NCBI GenBank assembly: GCA_963813075.1
Contig: CAWEXU010000017.1
Coordinates: 32,001 to 96,000, forward strand
Source: Methanotrichaceae archaeon
GTDB taxonomy: Archaea; Halobacteriota; Methanosarcinia; Methanotrichales; Methanotrichaceae
Direction: 5' to 3'
Length of the DNA: 64,000 bases
The position numbers were made by a program, and so were the translations under genes. A model generated the notes under the pieces. The model was not told where the DNA came from. It made no database searches and saw nothing but the letters and a program-made list of their open reading frames with translations. Shown here one piece after another: positions 43,518 through 53,837 of this stretch (the first letter of the stretch is position 1; each line of letters begins with the position of its first letter).

Positions 43518-43733
43518 ATGGGAAGCGTAAAGCCTAGTTATATTAAGAATTTCGCGTCGGACCTGTTGAGAACCTACGAGAGCTCATTTAGCCCTGATTT
43601 TGAGCAGAATAAGCTGATGGTATCCGAGTATACCGATATCAAGAACAAAACCATCCGCAACCGGGTAGCAGGCTACATATCTAATGTGATGAGACAGAGA
43701 AGTACGAGAAGAGAGGTCGAGGTTGATGTATAG
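43518..43733 (+). CDS. rps17e: 30S ribosomal protein S17e
   Basis: MGSVKPSYIK...F..DFEQNK...K.IRNRVAGYI. Confidence 0.93.
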   Translation: MGSVKPSYIKNFASDLLRTYESSFSPDFEQNKLMVSEYTDIKNKTIRNRVAGYISNVMRQRSTRREVEVDV

Positions 43734-44601
43734 AGGCGTGTTTCCTGCTATAATCACGCCATTTAATGAGGACCTTAGCCTGGATGAGGAGGGGCTTAAG
43801 AGAAACGTAGAGTACCTGAATAAGACTGGAATCGCAGGCATAGTACCCTGCGGCACCACCGGTGAATCAGCCACATTGACTATGGCGGAGCATAAGCGAG
43901 TGGTGGAGATTGTGGTAGAGAACTCCAGGGTGCCGGTGATAGCAGGCACGGGCTCCAATAATACCCGCGAGGCGGTGGAATTGACCTGTCACGCCGCAGA
44001 GGCGGGAGCAGATGCTGCCCTGCTGATCACCCCCTACTACAATAAACCCAATGACCGCGGCATGTTCGAACATTTCAAGGCCGTGGCTGAAAAGTGCGAC
44101 ATCCCCATAGTGCTCTACAATGTTCCCAAGAGGACGGGAATCGACCTCAAGCCGGAGCTTGTGGCAAAACTCTCCCGGATAAAGAACATCGTAGCCATAA
44201 AAGAGGCCAGCGGGAGCCTTCCCCAGCTATCTCAAATAATTGAGCAGACTCGAGGAAGCGACTTTTCCGTTCTCTGTGGCGACGATGATCTCACCCTGCC
44301 AGCAATGGCCCTGGGGGCACAGGGCGTGATCTCTGTGGTAGCCAATGTCGCTCCCAAAAAGACGGTGGCCATGGTTGACGCCATTTTCAAGGGCGACCTG
44401 GATCGAGCGAGGTCCCTGCATTATGAGCTTGCCCCCCTGGTTCGAGCGATGTTCCTTGAGACCAATCCCATACCGGTAAAGTCCGCTCAGAAATACCTGG
44501 GACTGGCAGGCGGCCCGCTGCGTCTTCCCCTGGCGGAGATGGCCCCGGATAAGGAGAAGATCCTAAAAGAGATCCTGGAGTCACTGGGCGAGAGAGCATG
44601 A
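43726..44601 (+). CDS. dapA: 4-hydroxy-tetrahydrodipicolinate synthase
   Basis: AIITPF, GTTGES, PYYNKP, YNVPKRTG, IKEASG, ETNPIPVK. Confidence 0.96.
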   Translation: MYRGVFPAIITPFNEDLSLDEEGLKRNVEYLNKTGIAGIVPCGTTGESATLTMAEHKRVVEIVVENSRVPVIAGTGSNNTREAVELTCHAAEAGADAALLITPYYNKPNDRGMFEHFKAVAEKCDIPIVLYNVPKRTGIDLKPELVAKLSRIKNIVAIKEASGSLPQLSQIIEQTRGSDFSVLCGDDDLTLPAMALGAQGVISVVANVAPKKTVAMVDAIFKGDLDRARSLHYELAPLVRAMFLETNPIPVKSAQKYLGLAGGPLRLPLAEMAPDKEKILKEILESLGERA

Positions 44602-45392
44602 CTCGTATTGCGGTTACTGGAGCGCTGGGACGCATGGGCACCCTGGTCATCCAGGAGGCGGCCAGGGCTGGGGGCATGGAGCTGGTCGCCGGCCTGGATG
44701 CCGTCGGTGCGGGAAAGCCGCTTTCTGGAGGCGTTTTGGTGAGGGATGCATCTGAACTCGAGCAGGTCCTAAAAGAGAGCAAACCGGATGTGCTCATCGA
44801 TTTTACCATTGCCAGCGCATCCGTGGTGAACGCATCCATCGCCGCCTCTCAGGGTGTGGCTTTAGTGGTGGGAACCACGGGCATAACTCCTGAGCAGCAT
44901 TCCCGGATGAGGGAAGCGATAGAAGGCCGTGTGGCTGCGGTTATTACCCCTAACTTCAGCGTGGGAGTCAACCTTTTCTGGAAGCTGGTGGCTGATGCGG
45001 CTGCAGCTCTGAAGGGCTCAGACTATGACATTGAGATCATAGAAGCTCATCATAATCAGAAGAAGGATGCCCCCAGCGGAACCGCTCTGGCCACAGTGGA
45101 GGCCATAAGGAAAGCGCGGGGAGAGGCATATCCATCGGATCCTTCTGATGTCATTTACGGCCGGAAAGGGATCATGCCCCGGGGCAAAGAGATCGGAGTT
45201 CATGCCGTGCGGGCGGGAGATATCGTGGGAGATCACACCGTTCTTTTGGCTGGTCCGGGCGAGAGGCTGGAGATAAGGCACCAGGCCCATAGCAGAACTG
45301 CTTTCGCCAGCGGAGCAGTGCGAGCAGCATCTTGGGTGGTGGGCAAGAAACCTGGTGTTTACAGCATGGCGGACGTTCTAGAATCAAGATGA
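44598..45392 (+). CDS. dapB: 4-hydroxy-tetrahydrodipicolinate reductase
   Basis: GALGRMG, IDFT, VGTTG, EAHHNQKKDAPSGTA. Confidence 0.96.
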   Translation: MTRIAVTGALGRMGTLVIQEAARAGGMELVAGLDAVGAGKPLSGGVLVRDASELEQVLKESKPDVLIDFTIASASVVNASIAASQGVALVVGTTGITPEQHSRMREAIEGRVAAVITPNFSVGVNLFWKLVADAAAALKGSDYDIEIIEAHHNQKKDAPSGTALATVEAIRKARGEAYPSDPSDVIYGRKGIMPRGKEIGVHAVRAGDIVGDHTVLLAGPGERLEIRHQAHSRTAFASGAVRAASWVVGKKPGVYSMADVLESR

Positions 45393-45814
45393 ACCAACTG
45401 GCGGAAGAAGGCCTGTTCCTTCTGTACAGCGGAGAGCGGTTGGATCCCGTTTCCCGGTCGAGGAATGTGATTGGCTTTTGCGGCCATTGCGGATCGGACC
45501 TGGAGAGCCTGGCTTATTACTGCACCGACCAGGAATGGCTGATCTCCGCTCGCTGCAAGAATGAGCATCTGGCTCTGATTCGCTATGATAAGAGCTGGAA
45601 ATGGAAGGATGACCTACCGCTTGAACTCTCCAGGGAAGAGGTGAAGATAGCCGAGCTGCCACGAGAGAAGCTGGATATCGTCTTCACCCCTGCTGAGGTC
45701 AGAGACATGATAGCCTGCCAGGAGGGATTGCCCTATACCAGGCAGAACATCTACCGCGCCCGGGGAAAATACCAGAAGTTTGAGAAGCTTTTCGGCATTA
45801 AGATCGACATTTAG
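45389..45814 (+). CDS. Hypothetical Zn-ribbon-like protein
   Basis: CGHC...C..EH; ATGA overlap with dapB. Confidence 0.7.
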   Translation: MNQLAEEGLFLLYSGERLDPVSRSRNVIGFCGHCGSDLESLAYYCTDQEWLISARCKNEHLALIRYDKSWKWKDDLPLELSREEVKIAELPREKLDIVFTPAEVRDMIACQEGLPYTRQNIYRARGKYQKFEKLFGIKIDI

Positions 45815-46000
45815 TCTCGCATCAAATTTTGTGCATAAACATGTCTATCCAGGCAGAAAATGAATCCGAACTTCAGAATAGTAATATTGTTATAAAAATT
45901 TTACATACTGCAAACTGGGGCTATTTTTTTAATCCTCTATGTTCCCTATATTATCTAATTTTATAAAATAAAGGGATTAGCCCACTGGCTCATTCAGCCT

Positions 46001-46096
46001 TTAAAACAGGCCGGTCAAGAACACTATGGGCACAATAAACAGTACTACGAAACCGATAAGCATTAATCCAATTGCCAGACCATTTCCACCTGCCAT
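46001..46096 (-). CDS. Small single-pass membrane protein (31 aa)
   Basis: AGGAGG RBS; MAGGNGLAIGLMLIGFVVLFIVPIVFLTGLF; T-rich tail downstream. Confidence 0.7.
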   Translation of the reverse strand: MAGGNGLAIGLMLIGFVVLFIVPIVFLTGLF

Positions 46097-46310
46097 GAAG
46101 ATCCTCCTACTTTCTTTGGCTACTGCTTGGAAGAGGTAATATTAATTACTATCGGATAGGGCCTCACCTCTGCCGACCCAAAATCGCCTGCCTGCCCGGA
46201 TTTTGATTCTCCAGAACCCTCGCCCGCTCACCGCCCCGAGACAAACTCCGCTCTGACCCCATCTACACAAGGTTTATTTAATTTAACCCGCAGGTGAATT
46301 TCAGCAAATT

Positions 46311-46829
46311 ATGAGGAATGCTATGCGACTTTCCATGGATTTAGAGCTGCAGGATGTTCCCGGCCAGCTGCTCCTGGCGATGCAACCCTTGAGTGATAAC
46401 AAGGCCAACATCATCAGCGTAGTTCACCACAGGGACCGCAAAACCCCCCGAGGCATGATCCCGGTCCGATTCGTTGTGGAGATGGACCGTTCAAGAATCG
46501 AGACTGTGCAGTCCAGGCTAAAAGAGAGCGGAATCTCTGTAGTGCGGGCGGGCGAGGACCGGTTCATCGAAGCGGTATCGGTTGTGCTGGTGGGCCACGT
46601 TCTGGACAGCGACCTGGGCGACACCATAAACCGGATCGACTCCACCGGCTACGCTGAGGTGGTAGACCTTTCCCTGACCATGCCGGGAGTGAATGAGCAC
46701 TCCTCCGCCTACCTCAAGATTCGCGCCACAGGCAAGGCCGAGATCCAAAAGGCTTTGACCGTTTTGCGCAGTGTGGGCGAGGAGAAGAAGCTGCTTGTTA
46801 TCGAGCCTATCGAGACGGAGGCAGTATGA
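46311..46829 (+). CDS. ACT-domain amino-acid-binding protein
   Basis: LELQDVPGQL...ANIISVVH; VLVGH; coupled to hom. Confidence 0.85.
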   Translation: MRNAMRLSMDLELQDVPGQLLLAMQPLSDNKANIISVVHHRDRKTPRGMIPVRFVVEMDRSRIETVQSRLKESGISVVRAGEDRFIEAVSVVLVGHVLDSDLGDTINRIDSTGYAEVVDLSLTMPGVNEHSSAYLKIRATGKAEIQKALTVLRSVGEEKKLLVIEPIETEAV

Positions 46830-47833
46830 GAGACATTAAGGTATCCCTGGTGGGCTACGGCATAGTGGGCCACGGAGTGGTTGATGTCCTCACCAGAAAG
46901 AAGGAGATCCTCCGCGATATGGGCCTGAACCTGTTGCTGGTCAGCGTCACCGATCACACCGGTACAGTGATGTCCGAGGACGGAGTGGATGCGAAAAAGA
47001 TCCTGGGAGAGAGGACCCTGGCCAATGTGGCCACCTCGGGCATGAAGGGCAAAGAGGCCATCACTGCCATAGACTCCGACCTGATGATCGAGGTCACCCC
47101 CACCAACATCGTTCACGGCCAGCCGGGCCTGGGACATATGGAAGCGGCCCTGGCCAGCGGCAAGCATGTGGTGACATCCAACAAAGGGCCTTTAGTCGTA
47201 TCCTACGGCAGCCTCAAGAAGCTGGCCGAGGACAACGGCGTGATGCTGAAGTTCGAGGCCACTGTTGGCGGAACCATGCCCCTGATCAGCCTGGTCGAGC
47301 GCACCCTGGTGGGCAACACGATCCTCGGCGTCCGGGGGATATTCAATGGCACCTGCAACTATATCCTCACCCGGATGACCGAGGAGGGGATACCCTATGC
47401 TCACGCCCTGAGCGAGGCTCAGGATCTGGGTATCGCTGAGGCCGATCCAAGCTACGATGTGGAGGGTGTGGACACTGCAGGAAAGGTGGTCATCCTGGCT
47501 AACTCCCTATTCAACATGAACGTCAAGTACTCTGATGTTAATGTGACCGGAATCACAGGAGTCACTCCTGAGGCTCTGGCTCTGGCCAAGAAGAGAGGAT
47601 ATGCCATAAAGCTGATCGGCGACGTGCCCGCGCTCACCGTCCGGCCCACTCTGGTGCCCCTGGACAGCCCCCTGGCCGTGGCCGGCACTCTCAACTCTGC
47701 TGCCATCTACACCGACCTCTCCGGAACGATCACCGTATCCGGTCTTGGTGCAGGCTCCATAGAGACGGCCTCGGCCATCCTCACCGATATCGTCAGCATC
47801 TACAGGACCAAGCGCATAGATGCCATATTCTAG
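46826..47833 (+). CDS. hom: Homoserine dehydrogenase
   Basis: GYGIVG, VVTSNKGP, FEATVGG, NGTCNYIL, AEADPSYDVEG.D, GAGSIETA. Confidence 0.95.
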   Translation: MRDIKVSLVGYGIVGHGVVDVLTRKKEILRDMGLNLLLVSVTDHTGTVMSEDGVDAKKILGERTLANVATSGMKGKEAITAIDSDLMIEVTPTNIVHGQPGLGHMEAALASGKHVVTSNKGPLVVSYGSLKKLAEDNGVMLKFEATVGGTMPLISLVERTLVGNTILGVRGIFNGTCNYILTRMTEEGIPYAHALSEAQDLGIAEADPSYDVEGVDTAGKVVILANSLFNMNVKYSDVNVTGITGVTPEALALAKKRGYAIKLIGDVPALTVRPTLVPLDSPLAVAGTLNSAAIYTDLSGTITVSGLGAGSIETASAILTDIVSIYRTKRIDAIF

Positions 47834-47854
47834 ATCGATGACTGAGACTGGAGA

Positions 47855-49525
47855 ATGACCAGCTTCCTGAGCTTCGCCGAGCTGTGCCAGAGGGTGGAGG
47901 GGGTGTCCGGCTCCCTGGAGAAGATCGACCTGGCAGCAGCATTCCTGAAGGAGCTGAATGATGATGAGCTGGCGGTCGCATCCGGCTTCATCATGGGGGA
48001 CCTATTCCCTCCCAGCCTGGATCTGGTGATGGGGGTGGGGCCGAGCATCCTCTATGAGGCGATGGCGAGGGCCTGCGGATGCTCGACAGAGAAGATCTCA
48101 GATATGCTGCGCGCCACCGGAGACCCGGGGCTGGTGGCATCGGCAGCGGTGGAGAAGAAAAAGCCCATCGGATTTGCCGCCTTCGTCGAAGATGAGCCGC
48201 TCTGTATCGAAGAGGTCTATCAGAGGTTCCTGGCCGTGGCCCGGGCCTCGGGAAAGGGAAGCCAGGACACCAGGATCAAGAACCTGCAGTATCTTTTCAG
48301 TAAGGCCACGCCGCTGGAGGCTCAGTACATCGCCCGGCTGGCGATAGAGGATATGAGAATAGGCATCGGTGAAGGAGGAATCAGAGATGCCATTGCCAGG
48401 GCTTTTTCTCGTGAGGCGGCGGATGTGGAGAGGGCCTACAATCTGACCAACGATATTGGTCTGGTGGCAGTCAATGCCCGAAAAGGGACGCTCTCGGATC
48501 TGAATGTGCTGATCAACCATCCCATCAAGATGATGCTCGCCCAGCTGGGTGAGGGAATCCCTGCCTCCATGCAGGAGCTGGGGTCTGCAGCAGTCGAGTG
48601 GAAGTACGATGGGGCAAGGGTGCAGATCCATAAGGATGGGAAGAGGGTGCGCATATTCTCCCGCCGGCTGGAGGATGTGACGCGCTCTTTGCCCGAGATC
48701 GTCCGTCTGGCCCAGGAGGTCAGAGCGGATAAGGCCATCCTGGACGGAGAGGCGGTGGCCATTGGCAAAGACTCGAGACCTTTGGCCTTCCAGGAGATCT
48801 TGAAGCGCTTTCGCAGGAAATACAATGTGGAAAAGCAGGCCAAAGAGACGCCTCTGCGCTTATTCCTGTTCGATCTGATATACCTGGATGGCAAAAGCAC
48901 CGTGGATCTGCCCCTGGCCAGACGGCGGGAGCTGCTGGAGGGAATTGTCGATCCTTCGATACTGGCGGGTCAGGTCGTCACCGACAGCGTCCAGAAGGCA
49001 GAGGAGATATACCGCCAGGCACTGGAGACCGGCCATGAGGGGCTGATCCTCAAAAATCCCCTGTCATTATACTCTCCGGGCAAGAGGGGCAAGAACTGGC
49101 TGAAGATCAAGCCGGTCATGGAGACACTGGACCTGGCGGTGATCGGAGCAAAGTGGGGCGAGGGCAGAAGAGCGAGCTTCCTGGGGTCATACCGGCTGGC
49201 CTGTCTGGATGAAGCCACGGGCAAGCTCCTGGACATAGGCTGGGTGGCCACCGGCCTTACGGACGAGGCCCTGGCTGAGCTGACGGAGATGTTCCGAGAG
49301 CTGATCTTGGTGCAGAAGGGCATGGAGGTTGAGCTGAAGCCGGCGGTGATCTTCGAGGTGGCCTATGAGGAGATACAAAAGAGCCAGAGCTACTCATCGG
49401 GATATGCTCTTCGTTTTCCCAGATTGGTGAGGGTGAGAGATGACAAGTCCCTGGAGGAGGCGGACAGCCTGGAGAGGGTGGAGTCCCTCTACCGGGTGCA
49501 GCGGGGAAGGAGCAACTCCCGCTGA
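47855..49525 (+). CDS. lig: ATP-dependent DNA ligase
   Basis: EWKYDGARVQIH, LDGE, FD, EGLILK, WLKIK, LRFPR. Confidence 0.96.
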   Translation: MTSFLSFAELCQRVEGVSGSLEKIDLAAAFLKELNDDELAVASGFIMGDLFPPSLDLVMGVGPSILYEAMARACGCSTEKISDMLRATGDPGLVASAAVEKKKPIGFAAFVEDEPLCIEEVYQRFLAVARASGKGSQDTRIKNLQYLFSKATPLEAQYIARLAIEDMRIGIGEGGIRDAIARAFSREAADVERAYNLTNDIGLVAVNARKGTLSDLNVLINHPIKMMLAQLGEGIPASMQELGSAAVEWKYDGARVQIHKDGKRVRIFSRRLEDVTRSLPEIVRLAQEVRADKAILDGEAVAIGKDSRPLAFQEILKRFRRKYNVEKQAKETPLRLFLFDLIYLDGKSTVDLPLARRRELLEGIVDPSILAGQVVTDSVQKAEEIYRQALETGHEGLILKNPLSLYSPGKRGKNWLKIKPVMETLDLAVIGAKWGEGRRASFLGSYRLACLDEATGKLLDIGWVATGLTDEALAELTEMFRELILVQKGMEVELKPAVIFEVAYEEIQKSQSYSSGYALRFPRLVRVRDDKSLEEADSLERVESLYRVQRGRSNSR

Positions 49526-49558
49526 TGGGCGCATTTTCAGGATAATGGAGGTTTTAAG

Positions 49559-50845
49559 ATGATAACTAAAAGGCTGGGCGAGCTGAAGGACGAGGATCTG
49601 CGTTCACTTCTCTCCAGGGATGTGGGCATTCAGGATGTCCTTCCCGCGGTAAATGAGATCATTATGGAGGTTGGGTCGAAGGGAGATGAGGCTCTTTTCA
49701 AGTACACAGAGAGGTTCGAGGGGGCACACCTGGATGACCTGCGCGTGACCCAGGAGGAGATCGATGCATCATACGACCTGGTGGATGACAGGCTTCTTGA
49801 GGCTCTCTCCGCCGCGGCAGATCATATCTTCTATTTCCATAATGAACAGAAAGAGCATGACTTCTGGATGAGCGAGGCATCTCCTGGGGTGCTGGTGGGC
49901 CAGAAGGTCGTCCCCCTGGACTCTGTGGGGGCTTATGTTCCCGGGGGCAGGGCGGCGTACCCCAGCTCGGCCCTGATGACCGTCATTCCGGCCAAAGTGG
50001 CGGATGTGCCCAGGATTGTGGTCTGCACCCCGCCCCAAAAGGACGGATCGATCAATCCGCTGACACTGGCTGCTGCGGATATGGCCGGAGCGGACGAGAT
50101 CTACAAGCTTGGCGGAGCCCAGGCCATAGCGGCCATGGCTTTAGGCACAGACAGCATTGAAAGGGTGGACAAGATCGTGGGGCCGGGCAATATCTATGTC
50201 ACTGCCGCCAAGATGCTCACCCGAGGCTCGGTGGAGATCGATTTTCCTGCCGGGCCGAGCGAGGTTTTGATCCTGGCCGACCGGACGGCGGATCCTGGGG
50301 TCATAGCTGCCGATATGATCGCTCAGGGAGAGCACGATCCCAAATCGATCTCCGTTTTCGTGTCCCTGGATGATCTCCTGGCCAGCGCCGTGGCAGAGGA
50401 GCTGAACATTCAGGCTCCTGGGGCTGCACGCAGCGATATCGTCGCTGAGAGCCTGGAGCACAGTGCCATTCTGCTGGCGGATGATATGGATGAGGCGCTT
50501 GACTTCGTCAATGCCTTTGCCCCGGAGCATCTGGAGATCGTCACCAAGGAGCCGATGAACGTCCTGAGGTCCATTCGAAATGCGGGGAGTGTGTTCCTGG
50601 GAAAGTTCACCCCGGTGGCGGCAGGGGATTATGCCAGCGGGACGAATCACGTGCTTCCCACCTCGGGATATGCCCGCATCTTCTCCGGCCTGAATGTGGA
50701 CCACTTCACCAAGAAGATGACCCTGCAGATGATCACTGATGAGGGATTGCTGGGGCTGGAGGAGACGATCACCACTCTGGCCGAGGCGGAGGGGCTGCTC
50801 GCCCATGCCGAGTCGGTGAGAAGAAGGCTGGAGCCGCGGGAATGA
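49559..50845 (+). CDS. hisD: Histidinol dehydrogenase
   Basis: [49 protein letters not shown]. Confidence 0.96.
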   Translation: MITKRLGELKDEDLRSLLSRDVGIQDVLPAVNEIIMEVGSKGDEALFKYTERFEGAHLDDLRVTQEEIDASYDLVDDRLLEALSAAADHIFYFHNEQKEHDFWMSEASPGVLVGQKVVPLDSVGAYVPGGRAAYPSSALMTVIPAKVADVPRIVVCTPPQKDGSINPLTLAAADMAGADEIYKLGGAQAIAAMALGTDSIERVDKIVGPGNIYVTAAKMLTRGSVEIDFPAGPSEVLILADRTADPGVIAADMIAQGEHDPKSISVFVSLDDLLASAVAEELNIQAPGAARSDIVAESLEHSAILLADDMDEALDFVNAFAPEHLEIVTKEPMNVLRSIRNAGSVFLGKFTPVAAGDYASGTNHVLPTSGYARIFSGLNVDHFTKKMTLQMITDEGLLGLEETITTLAEAEGLLAHAESVRRRLEPRE

Positions 50846-50877
50846 AATCCGCCCTCCTGATATCCGCCTGAGCAGCA

Positions 50878-51739
50878 GTGTCAGAGCATCTGCTGGAGAT
50901 GGCCGGGGCCCTTGTCAGGGTCCGGGACGGCAAAGTCGAGGTTCTGACTGAGCCTGCCATACGCTCGTGCCCTCTGCGCCGGGATCTGTACGGCATCAAG
51001 ATCGAGAGCAAAGAGACTGTCAAGCGGGTCCTGGAAGAGCATATGGCAGAGCTTGGCATGTACGGCCCGAAGAGAGTCCTGGAGCTTGAGAACAAGCCGG
51101 TGAGCTTTGGAGCCAGTGAGATCCTCTCAGATGCCCTGTCCGAAGGGCTCATCGATGCTGCAGTGCTGGTCTCGGAGGGAGCGGGAACGGTGGTGGCGAC
51201 CAAGCCCGAGGTCCTGCAGGCCATCGGGGCGCACATGACCGGCCTGGTAAAGACCGAGCCCATCGAAGAGATTCAAGAGGGCCTGGAGGAGAGGGGATGC
51301 ATCCTGATCGACCGGCAGGGAACAGTAGACCAGGTTCTGGGCTTTGAGAGGGCAGTAGATGCGGGATATAGAAGGATTGCTGTAACCGTAGCCGGTGCAC
51401 AGGGCAGATGACGCTCGAGCGCTGCGGGAGAGGGAGAGTGCTCTGGGTGCCAGGGCCACAATTCTGGCCGTTCACACCACGGGCATAAGCGAGAGCGAGG
51501 CTCAGGTTCTGGCGGAATGCTGCGACCTGGTCTGGTCCTGCGCCTCCCGGGCGGTGCGGGAGGTGGCGGGAGGAAAGGCGCTGATCCAGATTGGCATTGC
51601 CATTCCCGTCTTCGCCCTCACCCCGATGGGAAAGAGGCTGATACTGAACCGGGCGATGCACTTTTCCGGGCAGCTGGTCCTGCACCGGGCGGGCCTGCCG
51701 GTGGCCCCGGAGGGAAAGCAGCCGGAGCCTCTGGTTTAA
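50878..51739 (+). CDS. Methanogenesis marker 8 (DUF2099) protein, frameshift near 51398
   Basis: EP.I..CPL, VSFGASE, EGAGTV, QAIG..MTGL..TEPI, AVHTTG, SCAS. Confidence 0.85.
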
Positions 51740-51744
51740 GCTTT

Positions 51745-52284
51745 ACATGAATTAGGCTAGGAGGACGTATCAGTCGCTCCTCTTCATTGGGAGCGCCCTC
51801 TTCCAACCACTGGATTGGCCTTTCCCTTTCCACAGCAGGATTTACCCACAGAATCTGCCTCAGCTCGCCAGCAATGGCGGAAGCTTCACAAAAATATCTT
51901 CTCGCAGCGTCATCAAGCGAGACGATACGGTTATCTGTTGCCCTTGCCGCCTGGACAAGATGCAGATCTTTTTCCATAGCATTAAGGGCTTTTTCTGGTG
52001 GATTTGCCCGAACGATCTTTTGCCGCCAATAGAGGATCGTGATCTATTCTTGGCCGATCCACTCTCCTTTTGGCGTTCATGCTTCTTCTCCAGTGTCGAG
52101 CAAAAGGATGAGAGTGGATATCCCATTCAGCGCCTATCTCTTTTGTCATCACCAGCCGATGAGAGGTCCTCTCTATCATGACTTTTAAGAAGGCCTGGCA
52201 GAGCACACCTCTCTGGCCTCGCTCGCCGGTGGATGTGGCCACGGATGCATCGATGACCAGACACAACCCATCTGGGGATGACAT
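51745..52284 (-). CDS. PIN-domain-like protein (putative ribonuclease), frameshifted; 3' end approximate
   Basis: LVIDASV ... AEW ... KDLHLVQAA ... IVSLDD acidic PIN-like motifs; TAATG overlap with the ATPase stop. Confidence 0.6.
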
Positions 52285-53641
52285 TAGTTCGGCTCCAGAC
52301 GGGCCTCGGCTGCATGAATGTAACGGAGTATCGGCGTCCATTTCTGCGGAAGAGAAATCCTCAGGCCAGTCACCGAAAGCCCCTGCTTTGTCCAGGTCAG
52401 CGCTCACAGACCTCGGTAACACCATCATCCGGCCTCCTCTTGAACCAGTGGAGCTTGACCTTTTCAGGCGAGAGCTTTCCTTCGGCAACAGATCGACTGT
52501 ATGCCTAAGAGCAGCATGGAGCTATGGGTCTCTACAACCACTCGGACGCCACGGTTGGCAGCGGCCGCCAGAATTTGTGCCATCGCCATCTGGGCCTTTG
52601 GATGCAGATGGATCTCAGGCTGCTCTATGTAGACTAGTTGGCCGGGCTTTAGCCACGAGTAAGAGCAACTATTACCGGCAAGGTCTGAGATACACCAAAA
52701 CCGACGTCCGCAATGCTAACAAGATCTTTAGAATTCCACCTCGATTGCATTGCTGCAAGCGCCCAACCAAGATTTCGACGCTGGTATCATCAACGGCCTT
52801 TGATCCGACTTTCCAGGTTAATCCTAATATTTGAAGCGCATCTCCTAGATCATTCAGACGAGAGTCATTATTTTTCTGCCAGTTCATTAACAACACTTGC
52901 GGCATATAATTTTCAAAGGTTCCTGGAAATAATTTGCCTACAGCAGCAACATCATAGTTGCGCCTTGGATTTCCTCTTAGAGCAGGAACATGAATTAGTT
53001 CTCGAATGGACTTTTCAAAGCTTTCACTAATAGGGATAAGAAAAGGTTCAAATATTGTTCCTTCCCATTATCTTCAATATAAAACGCGATTAGTTCTAAA
53101 AAACATCGATTATGTATCACTTTTAGTTCAATATTTTTTTTATCCCATTTATGAAATAGATTTTTAATATGTTTCAATCTTTTAGCTAATGATGGGTTCG
53201 TGGAAATAATCTCGGGTTGTGTCCATTTTCATACTTAATTCAATTTTATCTCCAAATATCGGGTCTTTCTCGATGCCTTTATAGACCATATCAACTAATT
53301 CGATTGCTTTTTTAGGCTCTTTTCTGAATGTCTCAGTAATCGATTCATTTTCATTTATATAAATACTAAATCTAAAATCGCGCATCTTTTTTCTGCCAGA
53401 TACTTTTGATAAAAACTGTTCAACCAGAGGTATACTCGACATTAGGGCCACTAATTTTTAGTGGGCCGGGATCATAGCTCTCTTCAAGAGTTTGCTTCAT
53501 CAATAAGAGAGGCTGCATTATGCTCGATTTGCCCGAACTATTGGCTCCAGCCAGTATAGTCAAGGGACGAACTTCAATCGAGCATTCTTCCGCCAGGGAC
53601 TTGAAACCCTTTACAGAGATGCGCGTTATTCCTTCTGCCAT
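52284..53641 (-). pseudogene. ABC-type (AAA_15/AAA_21-like) ATPase broken by roughly eight or more single-base frameshifts
   Basis: VKGFKS, Walker A GANSSGKS, signature DVGFGVSQTLP, Walker B VYIEQPEIHLHP, H-loop VETHS recovered across frames. Confidence 0.8.
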
Positions 53642-53837
53642 ATAATCCTCATAAAGGCATTAGCAAATACAAGATGATAGCCTTTTCCTCATCAAAGCTC
53701 GCCCTGGAAAGCCCGCTCCAGCACCGCCGGCAGGAGGGCGTCAAGTTCGGCGGCGGTCTGGGCCTGGTGGCGCTTGAGGGCGTCGAGATTGGATTGCATG
53801 TCATCAAGGTAAGCAACAATTCGGTGCTGTTCTTCTA

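Noticed and set aside
46095..46139. Plus-strand leader peptide MKILLLSLATAWKR upstream of ACT-hom
   Set aside because: No Thr/Met/Lys codon run, no RBS, and it overlaps the better-supported minus-strand microprotein start
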